Positions 56,314 through 64,000 of a DNA stretch of 64,000 nucleotides are shown piece by piece. How positions within the stretch are numbered: position 1 is the stretch's first letter; each line of letters begins with the position of its first letter. A model generated the notes under the pieces. That model was not told the origin of the DNA. It saw nothing but the letters and a program-made list of their open reading frames with translations, and did not search any database. The position numbers were made by a program, and so were the translations under genes. Origin of the DNA: Anaerobium acetethylicum (lineage in GTDB: Bacteria; Bacillota; Clostridia; Lachnospirales; Lachnospiraceae); contig NZ_FMKA01000001.1 of NCBI RefSeq assembly GCF_900096945.1, forward strand, positions 426,291 through 490,290. The letters are read 5' to 3'.

Positions 56314-57357
56314 TTATTTCCCGGATTTCCCATTTGATTTTCCATTACTGCCCGAAGTATTATTTTCGGATTTTATTTCCTTATTCTTTTCGGTCTTCAT
56401 GCTTGAAGTATCACTCTTCTCTTTTCCCGAATTGCCCTTTTCATTTGCATTTTCTTCTAAAACCGCATCTGTATCATCAGAATTATCCTGGGCAGCTAAT
56501 GCTTCCGTCTCAACTGTACCTTCTGTTACCGCTGCTTCATCCGTCACTTCTGCTTCTTCCGATTCAGCTGTATCAGATTCCTCCGTGACTTCTGCGTTCG
56601 TATCTGCAACTTCTTTTATATTTCCTGATTTTCCGTGGGATTTGCAGTTATAGATTGCAGTCATGATTTCCTTAACGCTTGCATCCTTATATTCCTCAAT
56701 AGTCGCTTCAGGATCAAGTGCCTGAAGTTTGTTTATAAGGTTCAGTTTTCCAGGTGTAATTTCCAATTCTCTCGCTTCATCTCTGCGTGCAAGAGCCACA
56801 TTATCTTTTTCAACTGCAGCTTCCTGGCCGGTTTCTTCAAGCGCTGCCGCAGCCCCTGTCTCTGAATCCTCTGTCAGTGCTTCTGCAAGTTCTTCGTCAT
56901 CGGTCTCTGAAGTCAGTGAAATCACTGTCGATCCGTCTTCTTCAATATAGCCGTTCTCTGCTGCCGAATCAACAAGATTCTGCACCGCCTCCTCAACTGT
57001 GTTTCCGATAACATCAACGCCTTCCATGATGCATTCTCCATCTTCATTATAGCCTTCCGCCGTAACTACCGTGTCAAATGCATTGACGCCGAGTTCAACG
57101 CTCGGATTGATATCAAGGCTCACATAGGCAACCGGTGTCTGGTAATAGGCATAGGCACCGCTTCCTGCACCGATAACTACAAATGCTGCACATGCTGCTG
57201 TAACTAATTTTTTCATAGACTCTCTCCTTTTACGGTTCTTCATGTAATCAGGTTCCTGTTTGTTCTCCAGCGCAGCCATCAAACGCTTTTCCGTTCTTGC
57301 GACGAGTTCATCCTCAGCCCTGATCTGGTTTAATGCGGATTTAAAATACATATTCAT
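56314..57357 (-). CDS. anti-sigma factor (N-terminal cytoplasmic anti-sigma domain, TM, extracytoplasmic domain, Asp/Glu/Thr-rich low-complexity tail)
   Basis: overlaps and follows ECF sigma gene; single TM (LVTAACAAFVVIGAG). Confidence 0.65.
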   Translation of the reverse strand: MNMYFKSALNQIRAEDELVARTEKRLMAALENKQEPDYMKNRKRRESMKKLVTAACAAFVVIGAGSGAYAYYQTPVAYVSLDINPSVELGVNAFDTVVTAEGYNEDGECIMEGVDVIGNTVEEAVQNLVDSAAENGYIEEDGSTVISLTSETDDEELAEALTEDSETGAAAALEETGQEAAVEKDNVALARRDEARELEITPGKLNLINKLQALDPEATIEEYKDASVKEIMTAIYNCKSHGKSGNIKEVADTNAEVTEESDTAESEEAEVTDEAAVTEGTVETEALAAQDNSDDTDAVLEENANEKGNSGKEKSDTSSMKTEKNKEIKSENNTSGSNGKSNGKSGK

Positions 57358-57832
57358 AATCCTTGCTCCCTATTTTTTCCTTTAATATTCCCCTCGCCCT
57401 GTAAAGCTGGGAATATATCGTATTTTCTTTTCGTCCAAGCATAGACGCAATTTCCGGTACTGCGTACTCCTCATAATAAAACAGATAGATGACGTCTTTA
57501 TATTTTGAGGGAAGCTCCAGCACTAACTGCATCAGTTCATTTTCAGCCCTGGTTTCAAACGCCAGCTCAATACCATCAATCGGTTCCGTTTTGCGATACC
57601 AGAAGCATTTCATCACGTCTTTACACTTGTTTATGGCCACTCTGATCAGCCATGCTTTCTCGTGTTCAGGACTTTCAAAACTTTTCCCATGCTGAAGCAG
57701 TGCCAGGAATGTTTCCTGGAAGACGTCGTCCACGTCAGCCGGATTTTTCAGATACAGATAGCAGATACGGCGCAGCATATCAGAATACTTTTCCAATACC
57801 GCCTTGATGTAATCGCATGATGTCTCATCCAT
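57341..57832 (-). CDS. RNA polymerase sigma-70 family ECF-type sigma factor
   Basis: region 2 (DDVFQETFLAL) and region 4 HTH (IASMLGRKENTIYSQLYRAR). Confidence 0.8.
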   Translation of the reverse strand: MDETSCDYIKAVLEKYSDMLRRICYLYLKNPADVDDVFQETFLALLQHGKSFESPEHEKAWLIRVAINKCKDVMKCFWYRKTEPIDGIELAFETRAENELMQLVLELPSKYKDVIYLFYYEEYAVPEIASMLGRKENTIYSQLYRARGILKEKIGSKDYEYVF

Positions 57833-57940
57833 ATGATACCTCCTTATACCTTAAATACGATTCAGCTCTGGAAATCCTTGCATGAAAAATAATTTTTCTC
57901 AGAAAAAATTCAGAAGAATCCTCCGATTGCCTAAAAGAAA

Positions 57941-58354
57941 TTAATTATTCTTCTTGAAGCATTCGGGGCATTCACCCACAAATTCGAAATTGTGCCCTGT
58001 TATATGGAATCCGGTCTCATTCGCAATATTTTCCCTCATCTCTTCGAATGGACATCCGTCTATGGCAATGCGCCTGTGGCATTCGGAGCATACGAGATAA
58101 TGGCAGTGCCCCTCACTGCTAAGCTGGTAGTAGGACTTCCCGTCACCTCCGATATTCTTCATAATGATGGATTTCTCGGCCAGCGTCGAAAGTGTCCTGT
58201 AAACAGTCGAAAAATTAAGCTCCCGCTTCTGCCTCGCCAGAACGAATATCTCATCAGCCGTCATCGGTTCACATGCCGATTCCAGGATATCCAAAATCAG
58301 TTTTCTGCCTTCGGTACTTTTCAATCCATTATTCTTAAGTACATTTTCCTTCAT
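57941..58354 (-). CDS. zur: Fur family transcriptional regulator, probably Zur
   Basis: HxH and CxxC...CxxC motifs; last gene of znuC-znuB operon. Confidence 0.75.
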   Translation of the reverse strand: MKENVLKNNGLKSTEGRKLILDILESACEPMTADEIFVLARQKRELNFSTVYRTLSTLAEKSIIMKNIGGDGKSYYQLSSEGHCHYLVCSECHRRIAIDGCPFEEMRENIANETGFHITGHNFEFVGECPECFKKNN

Positions 58355-59184
58355 TACGCCTTCCTCCCCGCGATGCAGGCTAACCTGTTCCTGACAGCCT
58401 TTGCGATTATGACTGCAAGCAGAACGGCAACCGAAACAAGTGCCGTGAAGCCGCCCGGTGCTACATTCAGATAATAGGAAAGGATCAGTCCTGTCATGAT
58501 ATCGATGATACTGAAAATAACGGATGCAATCAGCGTTATTCTGAATCCTTTTTCAAGCTGCATCGCGGCTGCCACTGGCAGGGTGATCATCGAGCTTAAA
58601 ACCAGCACTCCTACAATCCTGATAGATGCCGCAATTGCAGATGCCACAAGGATTGCAAATATATAATTGATGAGTTTTACCTTCACTCCCGCTATCTGCG
58701 CCGCTTCTTCGTCGTATGAGATATAAAGCAACTGGTGATAAAGGAACACCAGGGCAAGAACCGACAGCATGCTCAATATGAATATTGTAATCATGTCCGT
58801 TTTAGTGACTGTCAGTATGCTACCGAACATATAGGACTCGGTATTTGCCCTGAGTTTTCCCGAGCTCATAATTGTAATCGCAACTCCGACGCTCAGCGAC
58901 AGCACGATCGACAGAATAAGGTCAGTGTATTTCTTAAAATAATTCCTTAAAAATTCAATCAGCGCTCCGCAGACAGCTGTGAATGCAAATGCTCCTATGA
59001 TAGGATTCTGACCAAAAAGAAGACCAATCGAGATGCCGGCCAGGGATGCATGGGAAAGGGTGTCCCCGATCATCGAATAACGCCTTACAACCAAAAAAAC
59101 TCCTATGCATGGACACAGGATCGATATTAAGAATGACACAATCAGTGCATTCTGCATAAAACCATACTGAAGCATATCTGTCAC
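58354..59184 (-). CDS. znuB: metal ABC transporter permease (ABC-3/ZnuB family)
   Basis: 276 aa, 8 TM, ZnuB/TroC-like. Confidence 0.85.
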   Translation of the reverse strand: MTDMLQYGFMQNALIVSFLISILCPCIGVFLVVRRYSMIGDTLSHASLAGISIGLLFGQNPIIGAFAFTAVCGALIEFLRNYFKKYTDLILSIVLSLSVGVAITIMSSGKLRANTESYMFGSILTVTKTDMITIFILSMLSVLALVFLYHQLLYISYDEEAAQIAGVKVKLINYIFAILVASAIAASIRIVGVLVLSSMITLPVAAAMQLEKGFRITLIASVIFSIIDIMTGLILSYYLNVAPGGFTALVSVAVLLAVIIAKAVRNRLACIAGRKA

Positions 59185-59846
59185 CCCTTTCTGTCGTAAT
59201 GCAGGTACTCTGAAGCATATTTTTCAATATTGCAGAAGTGTCCGCATCCATTCTGTAAATGGTACAGCTTTGTGGAATTTTCAAAAACAGCCTCGAAATT
59301 ATGCTCCACAGCCACTATTGTCATTCCGGTTTCATTCTCCATCTTTTTCAGCAGCCTGTAGATTTCCTTCTGGCTGTCAATGTCAACTCCTGTAGACGGC
59401 TCGTCCAGGATCAGCAGTTTTGGGTTTCCCATCAGCGCTCTTGCTATCAGGATTTTCTGGGTCTGTCCTCCAGAAAGCGTTCCCATGAGCTCTTTCCTGT
59501 AATCAGACATTCCTACAAGCGCCAGTGCACGCATGACAACTGTCCTGTCCTTGATTTTCATGATTTTCCTGTACGAATCAAGCACTTCAAAAACGGTGAC
59601 CGGAAACGCGGAATTCGCATAGTCGCTCTTCTGGGGCACATACCCGATCTCTTTTGTTTCAATGGACATGCTCCCTGCTGTAGGCTTCAGAAAGCCGAGC
59701 ATGATCCTCATGAGAGTCGTCTTGCCGCTGCCGTTGTCTCCGATTATAGAAACATACTCTCCGGCTTCTATCTTCAGATTAATATCATTTAAAACTCCCG
59801 GCTGTATGCCGTTATATGAAAAACACAAATGTTCAATATTTACCAT
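59181..59846 (-). CDS. znuC: metal ABC transporter ATP-binding protein
   Basis: GDNGSGKTT, LSGGQTQ. Confidence 0.85.
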   Translation of the reverse strand: MVNIEHLCFSYNGIQPGVLNDINLKIEAGEYVSIIGDNGSGKTTLMRIMLGFLKPTAGSMSIETKEIGYVPQKSDYANSAFPVTVFEVLDSYRKIMKIKDRTVVMRALALVGMSDYRKELMGTLSGGQTQKILIARALMGNPKLLILDEPSTGVDIDSQKEIYRLLKKMENETGMTIVAVEHNFEAVFENSTKLYHLQNGCGHFCNIEKYASEYLHYDRKG

Positions 59847-59903
59847 GCTAAATTCCTCCTGTCATAAATTTTAAACCACATATTTCCTTTTGTAAACCCG
59901 TAA

Positions 59904-59981
59904 TGCAAATCATTTGCAGTATCAGTCCTGGTTGACAAATTTTGGATTTTGGTATATCATTGCAAATGCAAATCACTTGCA
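59904..59981. promoter_or_regulatory. divergent znuCB-zur / znuA promoter region with two Zur-box-like palindromes
   Basis: tgcaaatcatttgca (59904-59918, 7-1-7 perfect) and tgcaaatcacttgca (59967-59981); TTGACA-17-TATCAT (+) and TTTACA-17-TAAAAT (-). Confidence 0.5.
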
Positions 59982-60005
59982 ATAAAACAGACGGAGGCAT
60001 GTGCA

Positions 60006-60914
60006 ATGAAAAAAATAATATCACTATTACTGATCATGAGCATATCCATTTCCCTCGCAGCATGCAAAGAGAGCTCGGGCGAAAAGGAAAAAGACGGTTC
60101 GAAAATTTACGTTTCCGTAACTTTCGATGCACTCGCAGAATTCACTAAGGCTGTGGGACAGGATAAAGTTGAAGTTGCAACCATAATCCCTGCTGGAACC
60201 GAACCACATGATTTCGAACCAAAAGCTGCCGATATCGCCAGGCTAAGCGATTCGGAAGTTTTCGTATATAACGGTCTTGGAATGGAAGCCTGGGCTGAAG
60301 AGACAATAGCAGCCGCAGAAAACAATTCATTAACAGTGGTCATCGCTTCTGAACATGCTGATACGCTTAAAAACAGCGGTGAAGAAGCCGATGAACACGG
60401 TGCCTATGATCCTCATCTCTGGCTCAGCATAAAAGGGGCTCAAACACAGGTCAGAAACATTGCAGACGGTCTCGCTTCTGCCGATCCTGAAAACAAGGCT
60501 TTCTATGAAAAAAATGCTGACAGCTACATTGCAGAGCTCGAAACGTTATTCCAGGAATACAAGGGCAAATTCGATTCTCTGGAGAACAAAAACTTCGTTA
60601 CGGGTCATGCTGCATTCAACTATTTCTGCCGCGATTTCGGTCTCGTGCAGAACAGTGTCGCAGACATTTTTGCAGAAGGCGAGCCTGGTACGAAGCAGCT
60701 AGCGGATCTTGTGGATTACTGCAGGGAAAACAATGTGACGACGATTTTTGCAGAAGAAACAGGAAATGCCGACATATCCCGGACACTGGCCAAGGAAGTC
60801 GGTGCCGATGTACAGACAATCTATACAATGGAGAACCCTGAAGACGGAAAGACTTATCTTGAAAGGATGCGGGACAACTGCCTGAATGTATACGAAAGCT
60901 TATCCGTACAGTAA
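60006..60914 (+). CDS. znuA: metal (Zn) ABC transporter substrate-binding lipoprotein (ZnuA/TroA family) with acidic His-rich loop
   Basis: lipobox LAAC; EEADEHGAYDPH loop; GGAGG RBS. Confidence 0.85.
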   Translation: MKKIISLLLIMSISISLAACKESSGEKEKDGSKIYVSVTFDALAEFTKAVGQDKVEVATIIPAGTEPHDFEPKAADIARLSDSEVFVYNGLGMEAWAEETIAAAENNSLTVVIASEHADTLKNSGEEADEHGAYDPHLWLSIKGAQTQVRNIADGLASADPENKAFYEKNADSYIAELETLFQEYKGKFDSLENKNFVTGHAAFNYFCRDFGLVQNSVADIFAEGEPGTKQLADLVDYCRENNVTTIFAEETGNADISRTLAKEVGADVQTIYTMENPEDGKTYLERMRDNCLNVYESLSVQ

Positions 60915-60927
60915 GGTTTTTTTACAA

Positions 60928-61080
60928 GTGGAGTGTCAAAGGCCCCTTTCAACATAATATTCGTCAATTTGCACATTTTTTATAATGAGGACGTGATGCA
61001 AATCGTGTTCATGCGCAGCGCACTCTCGCTTAGATGAAGACGTAGTGGTACGTAGGGCCGCAAAATACGCGACCAGCTCC
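60928..61080 (+). repeat. family B repeat copy B3 (full length ~153 bp)
   Basis: gtggagtgtcaaaggcccc...cgtcaatttgcaca...gtgatgcaaa...gatgaagacgtagtggtacgtagggccgc. Confidence 0.65.
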
Positions 61081-61082
61081 AT

Positions 61083-61126
61083 AAAAAAACTGCAGGCTAT
61101 ATAAAATATAGCCTGCAGTTTTTTTA
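61083..61126. terminator. bidirectional rho-independent terminator (znuA / MIF-like gene)
   Basis: A7-ctgcaggctatat-aaaa-tatagcctgcag-T7. Confidence 0.7.
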
Positions 61127-61127
61127 T

Positions 61128-61472
61128 TTAAAAATTTGTTCCGTTCCAGCCCCAGTTCGAGATCTCTTCGTATATTACATAAACACAGTCAGGGTCTATG
61201 CTGAGTTCTTTATGGATGATTCCGGTGATGGCTTTTGTAAGATTTTCATATGCATCTTTCGATGATTTTCCAAAAATCTTCACTTCTATATAAGCCAGCG
61301 GTCTCTCGCTGCTCCCTTTAAAATACATGATACTGTTGTCCTCAAAAGAAACCATAAGCCAGTTTTCGCTTTTCCCTGGAATCAATTCAATCGCCTTTCC
61401 AAGCTCCGATTTGATTGTCTCCCTTTTTCCGGCGTCAATGGCCGCAGTCGTTTTTACATTCATATATGGCAT
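61128..61472 (-). CDS. MIF/tautomerase superfamily protein (N-terminal Pro, C-terminal WGWNG)
   Basis: MPYMNV...IYEEISNWGWNGTNF resembles MIF (MPMF...NVGWNNSTFA). Confidence 0.65.
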   Translation of the reverse strand: MPYMNVKTTAAIDAGKRETIKSELGKAIELIPGKSENWLMVSFEDNSIMYFKGSSERPLAYIEVKIFGKSSKDAYENLTKAITGIIHKELSIDPDCVYVIYEEISNWGWNGTNF

Positions 61473-61597
61473 ACTGTAAATCCTCCTTCATAGCTAAGAT
61501 ATGTAATACAATGTAGATTATACCCTTAGCCGTTGTCTATTACAATACAGCAAGTGAATTACTCACGACTCAAGTCATGAGAATGCGATGATTGTTT

Positions 61598-61740
61598 GTA
61601 ACTATTCAGGACTACGTCCTTCATAGTCACAGATGATGCACACAAATTGCAAAACCAGCAATTTGACGCCTAGAGAACTCAGGTTTTTATGCAAAATCAG
61701 CATAAAAACACCTCGCGAAACGGGCGTTCTGAACAGTTAC
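61598..61740 (+). mobile_element. family A element copy A4 with 8-bp TSD (gattgttt/gattattt, 7/8)
   Basis: gtaactattcaggactacgtccttcatag...gttctgaacagttac. Confidence 0.8.
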
Positions 61741-61948
61741 GATTATTTTTCAATAAAAAATAATATAATAGATCACATACACCCAGCTGAGAAGGCCATG
61801 TATAATTGCCCATAAAACCGAATGCCAGTTGGTATAGGAGATGACCATGGCCAGACAGGAACCGAACGTTATTCCGGTTCTGACTGTTTTATTTATTGTT
61901 GTGTTTCCTTTATTATCCGACATTATTTCACTCCTTTACCTTGAAATA

Positions 61949-64000
61949 TCAACTATCGCTGCCATTTTCTTCCGCGGGCTCCTGGGCACGGTTATATTCC
62001 TGCAGCTTTTTGTCTGCCAGGTAAAAAATGCTTCCTTCAGGATATTTTCCATCAGGCCCTGCCGTTCCCGCCTCAACACCGGTCATGATTTCAATCCCCT
62101 CGTCAATGCTTTTGATTGCATAAATATGGAATTGTCCATCCCTGACCGCTTCCAGGATCTCTTCCTTCAGCATCAGGTTGTCTATATTTCTTGCCGGAAT
62201 CATGACTCCCTGCTCGCCAGTGAGTCCCTTGCCTTTGCAGACATCAAAGAATCCTTCGATTTTTTCAGTGACACCTCCGATTGGCTGGATCCCTCCCAGC
62301 TGATCGACAGAACCCGTAACCGCCAGATTCTGTTTCAACGGCACTCCCGACAGGCTTGAAAGGATTGCATAAAGTTCGGCGCTGGATGCGCTGTCCCCTT
62401 CAATTCCTTCGTACAGCTGCTCAAAAGTGACCTGGGCAGTAAGGCCCATGGGCTTTTCCTGTGCAAGCTTTCCTCCCAGATAGCCAGCAAGGATGAGCAC
62501 GCCTTTCGAATGAATATTGCCGCTCATTTCGGTCTCGCGTTCAATATTGATGACGCCTCCGCGTCCGGCATAGGTCCTTGCCGTTATTCTGGCCGGAAGC
62601 CCGAAGGAGTATCCTGACGCTTCGATGATAAACAGCCCATTCAGCTGTCCGACAACAGATCCTTCCGTACTTATCAAAATCTTGTCAGCCAGGATTTCCT
62701 CCTGGATTTTTTCCTCCAGCATATTGAGGCGGTACTTTCTCTCTCTGACGGCCCTGTCAACATGGGCAGCTTCAACGAACTGAGCCCCCTCTGTCCTTGC
62801 AAACGAATCGGACTCGCAGACCAGGTCGCTTACATCATTGAACTGGGTCGATAGTTTCTTCTGGTCTCCAGCCAGCCATGATCCATATTCAACAATCTTG
62901 GCAAGGGCACTACGCGTAAAATGCTTCAGTCCCTCTTTCTTGCATAAGGATCCGACAAAAGAAGCATAATCACTTATTGCTTCCTGATTTCGCACCATTT
63001 CGTCATCAAAATCGACTTTCACCTTAAAAAAATTCTGAAAATCCTCATCAGTGGAATAGATCATATAATATAAAGGACTGCCAATTAATATGATTTTTAC
63101 ATCCAGAGGAATCGGCTCCGGCTTCAAAGTCAGGGTCGGCACAAAACGGTACTGCTCGCCGATATTCTCGACAACTACCTGCCTGTATTTGATCGCCTTC
63201 TTGAGGGCATCCCAGGCAAAAGGATCCGTCAGTACATCCTTGGCCTGCAGTATGAGGTATCCTCCATTTGCCTTATGGATTGCACCTGGCTTCACCATGG
63301 TAAAATCCGTATTCATGGCAAGAATCTGGCTTTTGTATTCGATTTTCCCGAACAGATTGTAGTAGTAGGGATTAAACTCGACAACAACGGGTGCCCCTTT
63401 GTTCATATCATTGTGTATGAACAGATTCACCTTATATCTCAGGAACGGATCCATTTCTTCATGAGGACCGAGAATGGTCGTCTTGATAACATCCGGATCT
63501 TCACCGTTTTCCTGTTCTACCTCTTCCTCAGGCATCACCACCGGCGCCCTTACGATTGCCGGCTCGGTGATTACAAGCATGCTGTGGTTCTCTCCGATGT
63601 CCTTGATCACCATGTCCAGGTATTCCACAATCTTAGGAATCTGGGTATATTTATCTTTCATTTTCTGGACCAGGGGACCCGAAGCCATAATTGCAGTCTG
63701 AACGTTCAGCTCGCTCATTTTCTCATCAGCCTCTGTTTCTATCATCAGACCATCCTGCAGAATCTGATCCATTGTCTTTTCCAGCTTTATCCTGTTCTCT
63801 TCAATGGCTTTCTGTTCATCCTCTGTAAGTCTTTCAAGTTCATCCGCAATCATGGGCCTTCCATAGCGGAGCGGCACGAAAAGTATCCTGTCCGCAGCCT
63901 GCTTCACACCGAATCCGACTTCAAAAGCCTTCTGCTCCGTTATATGGAAAAGCTCTTCCATCTTCTGCTGCACAAACCTGACAATTGCATTCTTTCTCTG
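61949..64000 (-). CDS. Lon-like ATP-dependent protease (COG1067-type, C-terminal S16 domain), N-terminus beyond window
   Basis: C-terminal Lon protease domain (GDSASSAELYAILSSLSG...IGGVTEKIEG Ser-Lys dyad); no Walker A within window so true start likely upstream. Confidence 0.7.
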   Translation of the reverse strand, partial: QRKNAIVRFVQQKMEELFHITEQKAFEVGFGVKQAADRILFVPLRYGRPMIADELERLTEDEQKAIEENRIKLEKTMDQILQDGLMIETEADEKMSELNVQTAIMASGPLVQKMKDKYTQIPKIVEYLDMVIKDIGENHSMLVITEPAIVRAPVVMPEEEVEQENGEDPDVIKTTILGPHEEMDPFLRYKVNLFIHNDMNKGAPVVVEFNPYYYNLFGKIEYKSQILAMNTDFTMVKPGAIHKANGGYLILQAKDVLTDPFAWDALKKAIKYRQVVVENIGEQYRFVPTLTLKPEPIPLDVKIILIGSPLYYMIYSTDEDFQNFFKVKVDFDDEMVRNQEAISDYASFVGSLCKKEGLKHFTRSALAKIVEYGSWLAGDQKKLSTQFNDVSDLVCESDSFARTEGAQFVEAAHVDRAVRERKYRLNMLEEKIQEEILADKILISTEGSVVGQLNGLFIIEASGYSFGLPARITARTYAGRGGVINIERETEMSGNIHSKGVLILAGYLGGKLAQEKPMGLTAQVTFEQLYEGIEGDSASSAELYAILSSLSGVPLKQNLAVTGSVDQLGGIQPIGGVTEKIEGFFDVCKGKGLTGEQGVMIPARNIDNLMLKEEILEAVRDGQFHIYAIKSIDEGIEIMTGVEAGTAGPDGKYPEGSIFYLADKKLQEYNRAQEPAEENGSDS

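Noticed and set aside
13495-61745. Possibility that the family A/B repeats form a CRISPR array
   Set aside because: Copies are 7-40 kb apart, in both orientations, ~140-150 bp long with TIRs and TSDs. There are no regularly spaced short direct repeats, and no cas genes are present.
1-64000. tRNA and rRNA genes
   Set aside because: No cloverleaf-like GTTCGAATC / T-psi-C motifs or rRNA-like conserved blocks were seen in the long intergenic regions.

Overview
Chromosomal segment from a low-GC Firmicute, most likely a Clostridia or Lachnospiraceae-like gut anaerobe, judged from gene content and Shine-Dalgarno usage. There are about 55 genes, mostly on the minus strand. Conserved functions: iscR-nifS-nifU, recA-recX with a LexA (Cheo) box, rny, pgsA, yebC, an ABC-F ATPase, leuS preceded by a Leu T-box leader, an aroF-tyrA-aroA operon, a Zur-controlled znuCB/znuA locus and an EF-G paralogue. 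Accessory genes: a 1458-aa secreted M60-like metallopeptidase, a GH2 glycosidase, a MATE exporter, a heterodimeric ABC exporter, orphan OadB/OadG, a flotillin, an ECF sigma/anti-sigma pair, a MIF-like tautomerase and a candidate Re-citrate synthase + IDH + GntR module. No rRNA, tRNA or CRISPR array was seen. The most interesting signal is non-coding. A ~142-bp terminal-inverted-repeat element (family A) occurs in at least 4 clear copies plus 1 degenerate copy, and 3 copies carry 8-bp target-site duplications. A second, co-occurring ~150-bp repeat (family B) is present in 3 copies. One composite B-A-B cluster sits between the leuS T-box riboswitch and the leuS coding sequence. B and A copies also bracket the MIF-like gene. 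All coordinates were read by eye and may be off by 1-2 nt.
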